Below are positions 12,266-24,700 of a stretch of DNA of 64,000 nt, piece after piece. This DNA is from Nemertoderma westbladi (Eukaryota > Animalia > Xenacoelomorpha): contig JAUCBJ010002497.1 in the NCBI GenBank assembly GCA_032718475.1, positions 67,997 through 131,996 of the forward strand. Reading direction: 5' to 3'. Numbering within the stretch: position 1 is the first letter of the stretch; each line of letters opens with the position of its first letter. The notes beneath the pieces are model-generated. The model did no database searches and was not told where the DNA came from. It saw only the letters and a list, made by a program, of their open reading frames with translations. The position numbers were made by a program, and so were the translations under genes.

Positions 12266-12803
12266 TAGGCGAGTCAATCTAGCCGAAAAAGGGGGTCAAC
12301 CCATAACAAATTCGCAATTCATCCAAACCAATTTTTTTTATTCTACATTGCCTTGTTAATCCCCCCAAATAAAGTCTATAAAAATATATTATGCGGATCA
12401 CCTTCAATTTCCTGTTTCTTTCCTTAGCAACATGGATTTTACATAGCAACAAAGGGTCTATTGGTGGGATTTTCTCCAAATTTGGTACAGACAAACTTTA
12501 CTCTAATGACTATCGATTGACAGAAGTATGCACTTCTATATAGTTACCAATTTAGTTTCCAGAGCAACGGAAATTTTTAATACCAATTTTGCTGGTACAA
12601 TACAGGGACCTTATTTACACAACTTCTCTACTAAAGGGTGGATGTAACCTCGCCTATCGGAATTATCGACCTGAAAAACCCTTATCCCCAAAAAATTTAT
12701 TTGTTATATGATAAACTATTGTGGTTTTCAAACTAAAACAAATAAATAAATTACACCTAAAATCAATAGAGCAATCACAATTTAATTATGTGAAAAATCT
12801 TCG

Positions 12804-13870
12804 AATGAATGAAATGAATGAATAATTCGTTTAATTTCCTGTACATATAGAGGAAAGTAAATAGGAAAATTACCGTTAATCACAAACACAGATTACATAA
12901 AAATAAATAAAATATCATTGCATGAAAATCGGTATCTCATTGTTTATTAGCTATCTAATAGCACTTGGAGCGAAAGAGTTTTGAAACATCTTGGTCCGTG
13001 TATCAGGCATTCTGTAATTATTGCGAGTTGCGGTGGAGTTTGATCGGCAACCAATAATGAAGGCGTGTAGAAGATGACTCGGCGTGTCCACAATCTTCTT
13101 TACCATGTTGGTGAACTGTTTGGAAAACGCATCATTTAAAATGTTCATGTAAACTTGTTTTTCAATTTTTGAGTGTTTGTCAAACAGCGACAGTGGCCTC
13201 TTTAACTTCTTTTTGAGATTCTTTGGAATGAGGGGGACCCACGCAACCGCACAGTACATATATTGTGGTACAATGTAAGTTTCAAAGAGAAATATTTTTG
13301 TATCTTTATTTGCAAACCGGATGAAAAAACTGAATTGGCGAACTATGTAATTTACCCTTTTTATAAGTTTAAATATATGAGTTTTCCATGATAGATTATT
13401 TGCAATCCATATTCCAAGATGTTTCACTTCGGACGGACGCGGAACCTCGTCACCATCTATGTAGATTATTTCTTCTGCGATATCTAGAACTTTCTGTTCT
13501 TTAAATTTCATTGGAATGAAACATAGTTCTTCAGATTTCTTTGCGTTTATCTTTAAGTTTTTTCATGTGATAGCTCAACAATTCGCTGGATGTTAGACTT
13601 ATATTTATCATTTTCTGCGGAATGCCTTATCGCCTGTAGATTTCTTGAGTCATCAGAATATTTTGCTAGGGATCCATCGTCAGCTCGAATTTCATCAGTG
13701 TCTTTGGTAAACAAAGGTCCACTAAGAGGACCCCCTTGGGGAAAACCAACTTTCAATGAAATAGAGGAAGATATGTTTTTTCCAGATTTAAGCGATTGAG
13801 AGAAACCACTCATGTATGAGTGAAGCCAGCTGGCCAACCAACGCATCTCTATTGGTAATTCGTCTAAAAG
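12804..13870 (-). mobile_element. Rex1/Babar- or L2-like LINE, 3' part (RT C-terminal half and (ATTC)n tail)
   Basis: GFPQGGPLSGPLF, KYSDD, KHLGIWIANNLSW, RTKMFQNSFAPSAIR; tail AATGAATGAAATGAATGAAT at 12804-12823; joins 57404 across the AAAAG TSD. Confidence 0.8.
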
Positions 13871-14997
13871 TGTTCGCGCTTTCAGACCTTTAGCAGTTTA
13901 ACCTGCCAAATTTAGATGTCTTCTAGGTTATAAATCGACTTTAGCCTATGACGAGTATTTGATACACTACATTAGCCGAAGCCAGCCTATGCGCGACCAT
14001 TCACCCGCTGGATATACCCGGGAGACTGGATTCGGAAGCTCTGACCTTATTGCGATGTAGGCCTACTGTATTATTCGATTGATCGTTAATATATAATCTC
14101 TGACCAATATTATTCACTTTCGGGAAATATTAACAGTTCCTTTAGGACGTGGCGCTCTAAGTATGTAAACAGAGTTATGACTTACACTAAACACAACGGG
14201 ATGGCTAATGATTCACGTATAAAGCGCATTCCATAGGAGATGCTTTGTTATCTGTCACAGTCATGCACACTACCGCACAATGCTGCACACCGATCTGCCG
14301 ACCTTCACTAATTTTAGTCACATATAAAGAGAACAGCAACTGACACATGTAGTGCCTATGAAATAGCATTAGATTCACTCCAAAACCAATATAATGTAAG
14401 TCGCAATTGCTATATGTAACCGGTCTCTTACCTTCAGTATATCAAGAAGATTGGGGTTTTATGATTATTTATCGATATTATCCAAATATAACAATATTCC
14501 ATCAACTGATATAATTAATAACCGACAGTAAATAGCAGTAAAATAATGCGTTGTTTGTATGAGATATGACCATATGACAAGTGTGATTCGTTTGATAACA
14601 GTTATACGTTTCTATGATCAAAGCCGGTCTAATGTTTGGCTAAAGTCTGAAACACAGAATAATTCCACAGCCGGTGTTCTAGGCTTAGGAAAAATACACA
14701 CTGACTGAATTGCGTGAGTTTCTGTATACAATGTCCAACACAGAGTGAAAACCGCTCTGATTGGTCGACCGAACAAAGAACAAAGAAAAAGTTACACGTG
14801 GACACAGCTGATAGATGTCGTCATCTGAGTTCCGATGTTTAGAGTATTTGAGCTTATTGCGGAGAAAAATGGCTTTTTATGTCCGCTAAAGCACACATGC
14901 AGACATAGCGGGCAAAATCGCTTGTTATGTCCGCTAAAATACCTACTCGGTATATTGCGGAGAAAAATAGCTTGTTACATCCGCAAAAGCTTTTACA
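13871..14997 (-). repeat. 3' LTR of element A (1127 bp)
   Basis: Matches 56266-57403 and is adjacent to the PPT. Confidence 0.95.
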
Positions 14998-15099
14998 CCT
15001 CTCCCAGAAAATGGGATTTGAGTCTATAAAATATACAAAATCACAGTTTCTAAAATATAAAAATACTCTAAACAGTTAGTCTTTCTTGTGCGGACGGCG

Positions 15100-16412
15100 T
15101 TTACGCAGTTTTTTTCTCTTTGGGGTGAGCCACTTTACTAGGAGGGCTATAACTCCTGGGTAAAGGGTGCAATACAATTGCATCGGAAGGTTTAGGGTTA
15201 TGGTCGATGTCTCGTCCATTTCGATATGCTTCTCCTCGAGCTGATTTTCCTCCGCTTATCGTTGGATGCATTCGTCCAAAAACTCTTGCAGAGAATAGGG
15301 TCTTCCAAGTTCGATATCTTCTTAGAGATTCTGGATTTCCTGATCGAACTGAGATAAAGCTAATTCGTTTACCGCTTTGACTTGCTGCTGCAATTTACGT
15401 TTCTCTAAACAATTATAGGTTCCTTTTCCGATCTTTTGACGAATAGTGTCCAACACGTTTCGTACAACTCTCTCCTCCGCCTTGGTGACAGGTTGTATCG
15501 GGTTAAACCGGGACGATGATACGGTTGAATGACGATATTAGATGTCCGCGTCCCAATCCGGCTAGGTAAGATGGGCGAATATTTAGGGAGCCCACAACCG
15601 GAGTGCCACCGACTAACTGTTCGGGTAACACTAGATCTTTGAATAGTGAGTACAGTTCGGGAGGATCCGTGATACTATTAGGATCAAGAGTCTGAAGTCT
15701 AACTAGGGAATGAGGAGGTCTGACCGAGTATTCCGGAACTCTGATCATAGGTTTATTTAAGGATCGTTTGAATCGAATGAGCGTAGGTGATACATCGAAC
15801 AAGTTTCGCTCGAAACTCCCATAAATATAGCGAGTAAAACCGTGTTTAAAGCAACGTCTCTACGGATGTTTATGTTTTTCCATTTGTTGGTTGGGTCTTG
15901 GGCATTCATCGCAATAATACCAAAGACGCACGTCTTGTAGGGGAAACGCGGGTGATATTTATTCGGTTTTACAATGTTTCTCTCAAGAATTCCAAATATA
16001 CGTTGGAGTTACCGCGTTTATCCGGTTCTTTAACGTCTTCTCTTTCGATTCAATTTCGAATAGAATTTTCGCATTCGATTTTCAGTTTATCGTTCCAACT
16101 CCGTTGGGTAGGATATTTAAATAGTACCATTTCCCTTTCGGTGTCGACATCGTCCGTATCGTGTAAATCGATATGACCAGTATTTAAGAAGTCCATATGC
16201 GTACCATTACGATGCGTATAGCGAGCAGTGAATTTTCGATAGTCTAATTCACGCGTAAGTTGCTCCTGGGACATCGGCGGTTCGATATAACGACCATCGT
16301 CCTCCGTAGTAGTTGGACTAGCGTCGCTGCGTATCAAGCTATCAACAAACGCTTGCAACGGTAGAGTATATTTCTCCCATATACCAAGATCATCTTCTAT
16401 CAACTCAGTCAT
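15100..16412 (-). pseudogene. Degenerate accessory ORF of element A, unknown function
   Basis: ORF pieces 16050-16412 and 15503-15802 and downstream coding-like sequence are homologous to 43698-44950 in element B. Confidence 0.6.
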
Positions 16413-18051
16413 AGCTGCTATATGAGTTTATCAATATTATAATTAGTTATAATTACGCTAGCGGGCGTCGCTGCCTACCCCTCTCGGCCCGCGGACAGCG
16501 CAAGATCCTCAGTGCTGGTGTACTTTCGCCGTTGTGCCTATCGCCAACGTAGTAGCTGCACAACGACCACAACAACCAGCGCGAGTCACTCCACCGTCCG
16601 TCCCAAAGGCTTAGATTTACTTAAGGTTCTTACTGGAGAGTTAGGGCTACTTTCACAATTGCGACTCGCTACTGTAAACACACTTTAGTAGTAACATTCA
16701 CCTATAAACACACAAATTCCACACAACTGTCACAAACCGCACACATTCGGGCCATTTGTCCGTTAGTCAAGTGCCTTCCAGAATGCCACGTTATTATTGG
16801 GTATCCTGGGATACTAGCAGTATGCTATTTATTCCTTATGCTATTCAATGGGGCAAGCCTTTATTGTTCTTTTAACTCACTTCTAATTCTAGCATGGTTG
16901 TTGCCATGGTGACATTATGGAAAGCTAGCAGTAGAATTAGGGTAACTCTCATGCATACAGATCTGGGATGCTATTTAATAGTAATTCTTTAATTGTCAAT
17001 ATTCCTCTTTATACATGATTTTATGAATTTTATCGGCTATTGACTATATATTGGAGATTCTCGCACACTAATATACTTAATAGGGTGAATCTCCGCTCCC
17101 ATGATCTATTAATTTATGGAATTTTGGGAATGTTATAAATTGTATAAAAATGACAATTTATCAAATTCATTAAAAGATGAATTTAAATTTATTCCCATAA
17201 ATTTTATTATTTAATATTAAATAGACACAATTTTATTCCAGAACATGTCTGGGGACTGGGATCCCTGATTCTAGGAAATTGGTCTTTTTAAGAATATCGG
17301 TAAGTGCTACGATATCTTAATCGACTAGAATTTTAAATGATCTGAAATTTGACAGATTTTATAAATATTAATAGTTAATATTTAGGATGGGCACCAGTTT
17401 ATTCCAGAACTTGTCTGGGGACGTTAACCACTGATTCTAGAATTTTGTCTTTCAAGTATATCGGTGGGTGCCGCGATATCTTAATCGACTAGAATTACAG
17501 ATGGTCAAAAGGTTTAACAGATTTATTTTGCGTTTTACGCTACTGTTAAAGGGACATCACGCTACTATATGTATTATTTAATATACGGTATGAGAGCAAT
17601 ATCGCAAGAAGCAATGTCAGTGAGAAGAGGCAAGTCGTTTCCAAGGTCTACCCAGAGCTTGGTTTAGCCGAGACACGAGGATCTGAATTTTGCATTCCTA
17701 ATACTCTACTTACCAATAAAACTTGAATATAGTAGGAGCTTTATTGTACTTTAATAAGTACGGATATTTCATCTTACTGTAGTCACGTATTTATAATGTA
17801 ATACGAACAGTAAGGAAAGAGAAAAAGAATTATTTCTCGCCGTCGCACTAAATATATAATATATAAGTAATTAAGTAATAAACGCGAATATATATATGGC
17901 ACTAATCTACTAAATAATCGCTAAAATAACATTCTACTAAATAAAATTAAAGAAAACGATTATAATAAAATTACATAATAATACATACATAAATATAAAA
18001 TAATAAAAACAAATATAAAATAATATAGTCACACACCCACTCCAGACGCTG

Positions 18052-19132
18052 TTACGTTGGGGAGTCCCTAGATGTTTTTTGGATTAGGGAGGTGGTCGTG
18101 GGAAGAGTATCTTGCCTTCCATAGTTTCCAGACAGTTCTCGGTCTCTTTCCAGTAAACATAAACGACCAACTGGGCGATTGAGCTGCTGTGTCTCGAAGA
18201 CAATTCCAGGTTTCCTCTTCGTCCTGGAATAGTGACGATAGAAACATCGCTTCAAATACACGATGGCCTTACAAAGCCGATTCCAGGATCTATAGTGGTC
18301 CATCGCTCCCGGCAGGAGAGGTGAGAGATCTTTCAGTGTCTTTCCCGCTGTCTTCCTCTTGAGAAGCCTGGCTTTCGCCGTCGTCTGTATAACACACTGG
18401 TATTACCTTTCTCGTAGAAACGGGTTTCTCACTTACCTTATTTTCCGGTGTCTTCTCTCTGGACTGTTTTAGGAGCTGTAATTTTACCTCTCCATCTAAG
18501 AATGACATGAGATCAGCCATGGTAGGGTCTCTTCGTTATGGTTCCATCATATATAACACTTTCTTGTCCCAGCGTGTACCTACTCCACCTTTGGGCAAAG
18601 TAGATGCTAAGGCTCCTACAACCATAGAATTCTGGTATCTTACCTAACCAATCTAGTTGTCTACAGATCTCCTGAATCTCGTCGGAAAACTCTATAATCC
18701 CGCTGCTAAGAAACTTTCGGGGCGCCATTAATTTCGCATATAAATACCTAGCTATGTTAGTCCTATTACCATACCTGATGTTTAGTGTATCCCAAACTTG
18801 TCTTAATCCATCTGGATGTCCAATAAACTTTAACGCCATTAACTTGGGAGATCCTTCCAAGCACTCGATGAGGAATCTCAGTTTCTCTCCGTTAGATAGC
18901 ACAGAGTTCTGTATGTTATTTTTGTAATATTCATTAAAAGGTAACCATTTCATCTCATCTCCATTGAACTTGACGATCTCTCCCACCTTTACCGCTTGAC
19001 GGGCTTCGGTTCTAGCCATTTGACGCGTAAAACTTTCTTGGGCCAACGTGTTATTTAATATCGAGTTATCGGTATATAAATTTCTCGGATTATTATCAAG
19101 TCTATATGGAATATCATTGTCAACAGGTTTAT
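18052..19132 (-). pseudogene. Element A gag C-terminal part fused to short pol-end remnants
   Basis: FNGDEMKWLPF...EKLRFLIECLEGSP (BEL/Pao gag capsid-like region), then DHYRSWNRL...RPVGRLCLLE; frameshifts present. Confidence 0.85.
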
Positions 19133-20969
19133 TATAGAATTATATTCTCTAAATGCCGTGGATTTTCAAAATTTTATTTTATTCGAATTTACTTTGTTAT
19201 AAAGATTACATTAAGTCCTCATTTGTATTTACTATATCTATTTATACGATGATTATTCAAGTGGTTCAGTAGCTCAGTCGGTAAAGCGTTGGAAATTATA
19301 TGTAGTAGGTATTGAGTTCGAATCCTTGTAGGTGTGAATTATTTTTTGTGCAGAATTTCAACTCATTTAAATTGACCGCTACAAATTAAATTGCATTTGC
19401 CTGTACCTAGATTAACCAATGGGACTGTAGTTATTAGATAGTAACCAATGTCGTGCAAGTTGTATATTCGCTGGACCAATAGTTATCTTTAAAAACCTAT
19501 TAGAACTCATAGAACAATCGAGAATTTTCTCGATTGATTGCAGCACAAATTTGCTATATAAGGTGCGATTTCGTTCATTAGTTATTCTAATTAGTTTATA
19601 ATCTTTTGTAATAAAAGTTAGAAATACTTGTTACATCTGCCCTTTTCTATCCTGTTTTACTACGGTGAACTTAACTGAGGGACAAGATGGCAGGCTAAAC
19701 ATCGGGCCACAGCAGTGAACGGGAACATCTGAGGAATGTAGAAAGGAGACAACCCGCAATATCATTCTTGAGTTATTCGCCCATCGCCTGAAAGGTTAGA
19801 CAGCGTTCAATGCCTTGCTACCTAAGTATAAGACCAAAGATCGAATGTAGAGGTAGTAACACGCTGTGCGCTAAAAATTACATCTAGGGACCGTACTGTC
19901 TTAATTCAGAGAAAACCCGCAGTAGACCTTCATATTCCTACGGGGGAGAGGAGAGCAGGCAGAGATACTAGTACACAGATAGGACGTAGGCACACCGGTA
20001 CAAGGCATACACATTGGTAGGGTGCAGCAAACTGTACGCCTAACTCTTGCCAAGTACAGGTGCGCCTGTGACTATTTGTAGTACAACGGTGTCCATTGCA
20101 TTAGAACTTGTAGGCCAGAAGGGTTACTGTGTTTTACCTGAATTAGGATTGTACCGTTCAGGCGGTAGGGCAGTTTACAACTAGGCGCAAAATAAATTGA
20201 GGCTATTTAGGGATACTAACATCTACCGTGTCCCCGCCAACATTCTGTTAGGAAGTTGCTGTACCCATCTAGGCAACCAAAATTCTAGATAGGAACACCA
20301 GGCTAGCTATTAGTAACTGTACGCCTACTGTAGTAAACTAACACATTTCATCTTAGTATTAGGGACCTGGTAAATTAAATTGCCGAATTCTGGGCGTAGT
20401 ATTAACCTTATGCCTGAATTTGAGTCCTGGAAATACAAAAAAGGGAAGGAGCCTTATCATTCGTGAGTATTGGACCTACAAGTTACAAAATTAGAATATT
20501 CGTAAAATGTACACCGGACCCAGTAATTATATATATGAAGGAGCAAAACTGACTTTGACTGTTTAGAATTAACACGCGCGCGTTAGAAATTATTTACACC
20601 TCAAAATACATAAAATTAACTTTTGTCCGTACTGCGCTTTGCCCGCTAGTTAGACATCTCTAGATCTCTGCACCTAGCTAGCGTCTTTTTCGCCCAACCA
20701 TATAAATCACACCGCGGCAAAGTATATGAGCGCCCTTAGTCCGTCAGTGAGTCAGCCTGATTTTAGGATTCGCTGCGCGGGATTTTGTTTTATCGAAGTT
20801 TGTCCGTTCGTAGACTGTTTTCTGCCTCACCGGTTATAAGAGACCGATACTGCAATATATATTCGCTTACTTGGAGTTTACTGTTTTGGTGAGAAGGTCG
20901 GATTATGATTTGATTCACAAACTTTACAGTAGGATATTGCAGGGTATTTTGTTACTGTCTCTTCGCATA
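19133..20969 (+). repeat. 5' LTR of element C (termini TAT...ATA)
   Basis: Identity with 50165-52001 begins and ends exactly at these positions. Three CCAAT boxes (~19416, 19445, 19476), TATATAA at ~19555 and AATAAA at 19610. Confidence 0.95.
19261..19348 (+). promoter_or_regulatory. tRNA-like Pol III cassette in LTR C (second copy ~50293-50380)
   Basis: A box TAGCTCAGTCGG, B box GAGTTCGAATCC at tRNA-like spacing, then TTTTTT; no proper acceptor stem. Confidence 0.7.
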
Positions 20970-20980
20970 GTAGGAATATG
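20970..20980 (+). promoter_or_regulatory. Non-tRNA primer-binding site of C, complementary to its own LTR at 19931-19941
   Basis: GTAGGAATATG is the exact reverse complement of CATATTCCTAC. Confidence 0.8.
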
Positions 20981-21777
20981 TTTTACTGAACTACGGTTCG
21001 GTAGGACTAAAGTTATTTGAAAATTCTGTATTTTGAGGTAAAAGTTTATATTTGATTAGCTAAGTGCTAATTTTTTGAAATAAAATTTTGATTTGAACCG
21101 CGTGTAAAATATTTTGGAATTGAATACCGGTGTTTAAAAAGGGTTTAAATACCATATTGTACCGGTACAAAATTTTCGTAAAAGTAAAACTTAACTCTTT
21201 TGTTTTTCAGGATTCAGAGCTCATTTCTAGACTGTAACGAGAGCAAGACCGTGTTTAGCAAGTTTCCGAGATAGATAACTCAACAACTTTGGTTGGGAAA
21301 ATCGCACTTCGTCCGCAACGCTGGAAACGGAAAGGTTCACGTCCGGTTTGTATCTGGGAATCTGTTTTTCTGGAGAATCATTGGAGGGGGTGAGTTCGAA
21401 AAGTTGCATAAATAAGTTAGGCATTACCGTATTAGTTAAAATTATTGTGGGTTCCACTGTCTCAAGTATTTATGCATTCCGTACGATTTCTTTGTTTATT
21501 GCTGAATTAGTCCGTATTATTGTATTTAATTTACCTTTTGATAACGTATATCGTTTCTGATTTATTTGTTATAAAATTGGCCGGTAGGCTAATTTTATTA
21601 TATACTTATTCCGTGACATTTATTTGCTGTAAAATTGGCCGCTAGGCTAATTTTATCCATCTGCTATAAAATCGGCCGGTAGGCTAATTTTATATGACTG
21701 TAATTAATACCGTTTTGATACAAATACGGTAAGTTTGATACTTTGACACTCACTTTACTTGACTTACAACTACCGAA

Positions 21778-24700
21778 ATGAGTGACAAACAAGACTATAC
21801 GAAGAATACACAAACCGACTATGACTCATGTAACGCGGATAAGTCAGAAGCGGAAGAACCACAGGGGAAGACTCGTGAGCCTACCGAACCTACACCGTGC
21901 GCGTCACCAGTACATCCAACGGGAGTACCGGATGCCGTAGTACGAGGCGACGGCAGGACCGAGGATTTTCTAACGGTCCCGCAACCTAGATATAGGGAAA
22001 CGGACATGGTAAGTTCAGTAGGAAGCCAGGAAAGCGTTGTTAGAAGCGTCGGAGGTTACATGGCGCATATTACTAGGAGTATTGGAGAAGGCCAACGCAT
22101 ATTAGACGAGTTGACCGCTCCGATGTCTCGATTCGAGTTCTACACTCTACAGGTGAGAGTACAAAGCAGAGTACATAAGTCCGTAGATAATCTAATTGGT
22201 CTACAAGATCTAGCTAGACAGAGACAGGATATGGACACACAGTTTAGAATCCTCGAGAAATTAATGATCGCTAGAGAGAAACTGATTCAGTTTAAGACGA
22301 CCGTTAGACAGATACAACAGGAACAAGCAGACCAGTTGCTAGGTGAGTCGGTTTCCGACGAGTTATTACAGCCCGAGGAAGAACAGGAACTGTACCGACT
22401 GGATGGACAATTGAAACATCTGACGGATCACTTACGTATGTGCGGCGAAGACGTCGGCGATTTGGAAACCGTGCCGGAATATACGAGGGGAACTTCACCC
22501 GTACAAATCGAATCGGCACCGGAAATACTGGACCAATCGTTAGTGAGTATTCGCAGCGAAATTGGCGAGGTAAGTATAGTGACGTCAGAAATTTCTAGAC
22601 AGCAACAACAGTACCACAGACAACAACGAGAAATGGAAGAACAAACTCAATTGTTAACTGTACAAGCAGCTGTAGAGGAAGAGAAGCTACGCGTTGCAAA
22701 TGTTGCGAGAATTTCTCATCTGCAAGAACAAGCCGAGTTGGAAGCGGCTGAGATGGAAAGGTTGGAGCTAGAAATAGCACAAAGAACAGCAGCAGCGGAG
22801 TTAGCGCAACGAGCGGCAGCAGCCGAGTTGGAACGACAAGCGGCAGCGGCTGAGTTGGAACGACAAGTGGCAGCAGCGGAGTTAGACAAACAAAGGCGAG
22901 TTTCGGAAGCCCGAGCCGAGTTGAAAAAACGACAAATAAAGGCTCAATCAGCTATACGACAAGCGGAGTTCGAGGCGCAACAACAACAGACGGAACAACG
23001 TGAGAAGGAAGTTAAACTTCATTTCGAACTCGAAAGGAAGGCGAGAGAACTAGCCGAAGCCAAGGAAAATCTGGATCTTCTAGCCCGCGATCGATCGATG
23101 AGATCTCGTGACGGACATGATTTGGACCAGATAGAGGTAAGGCACCGTCAAATTCAGGAACGAATGAAGGAAGGAAGTGTAGGGGCACCTGGGCGAGAAA
23201 GACAATTAGTTAAAGACTTATGTCAAAGATTCCCTCAAGTAACTCCTATGTTTGCACCAGTTACGACTAAGGAACCTGTTTCGATTGCGGGTAGTAGTAA
23301 TATTTCTCCTATCCATTGTGCGACGGAACACAGGTTTGTTATTCCGGACAAGTTCATACCGCCAAGAGCAACACCGTCGCCTATTCTGAAAGTCAAGGTA
23401 AGTAACCCACCGATTACCGATCGTAGTAGTTTATTGCCCGGACCTGCACTACTAACGACAAAACAGGTGAGTCCACCTTCGACACCAAAACCCGTTACGC
23501 ACTACACATACCCAATGACGTTTAGGCCTACAAGGCCTTTAGATTCAAACGCTGTCACTCGACCACCGGTTCAGTTTACATCGCAATCTACGACTTCGAG
23601 GAAGACCTGCGAGCCTACCGAACAATGGAGACCAGTGGATACGCGACCGTTTAATCAGTTTACATCGCAATCTACGACTTCGAGGAAGACCTGCGAGCCT
23701 ACCGAACAACGGAGACCAGTGGATACGCGACCGTTTAATCAGTTTACATCGCAATCTACGACTTCGTGGAAGACCTGAGAGCCTACCGAACAATGGAGAC
23801 CAGTGGATACGCGACCGTTTAATCAGTTTACATCGCAATCTACGACTTTGAGGAAGACCTGCGAGCCTACCGAACAACGGAGACCAGTGGATACGCGACC
23901 GTTTAATCAGTTTACATCGCAATCTACGACTTCGAGGAAGACCTGCGAGCCTACCGAACAACGGAGACCAGTGGATACGCGACCGTTTAATCAGTTTACA
24001 TCGCAATCTACGACTTCGAGGAAGACCTGCGAGCCTACCGAACAACGGAGACCAGTGGATGATGTTCCGAAGCGGAACGTTAGAATTCGGACGACGCAAC
24101 GGACACGAGCACGTCGACCACCGTATCCAGGTGACAGTAGTACTTCAAGCGAGTCGGATTACCCGAAACGCGAGGTATTTAGAACAGGAGCGGCCGACGA
24201 ATGTAAACGTGAGCGTTCAGATAATTTATTTATCGATAATCCTCCACAAAATACACCAATACAAAGGGCGTTACAACCAACGGATGCGATCAGTACTCAA
24301 CAATTTGCCGACATTCTGAGACCAGTTGTCAACAAGTTGGCCCAGATCGAGGAACGCTTGGAGGAAGTTCACACCGACAGTTCGAGAAACACCGAATTCG
24401 AACACTCTAGACACCCGAACATTCAGCAAAGACCGACACCTTTGAGGAACACCTCGAATCAAAGAAAAGCGCCAAGAAGAGAGAACATCAACCAGGTTGC
24501 CAACCCAGGACGCGAAACTTTGAACGTTGCCGAGGAAATAGCGAAATTCGCAGCTAGACAAGGACTACCGGTGCAACAACCACCTAAGTTTTCCAGTAAC
24601 TCTAAACATTGGCACACTTTTGTAGACTACATTGAATCTCAGATTGCTGTGTGTGCTTTTACATCGAGAGAAAAATTCAACTACCTGTTACAAACGCTGA

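Noticed and set aside
19261-19335. Functional tRNA gene
   Set aside because: The acceptor and anticodon stems do not pair; only the A and B boxes are retained.
19729-19746. Minimal hammerhead (CTGAGGA...GAAA) in LTR C
   Set aside because: No stem II, no supporting stems I/III, and the 3' LTR copy has GACA.
23776-23778. Programmed stop-codon readthrough in the gag of C
   Set aside because: The TGA is a TGC-to-TGA point change in one of six tandem repeat units and lies upstream of the capsid region.
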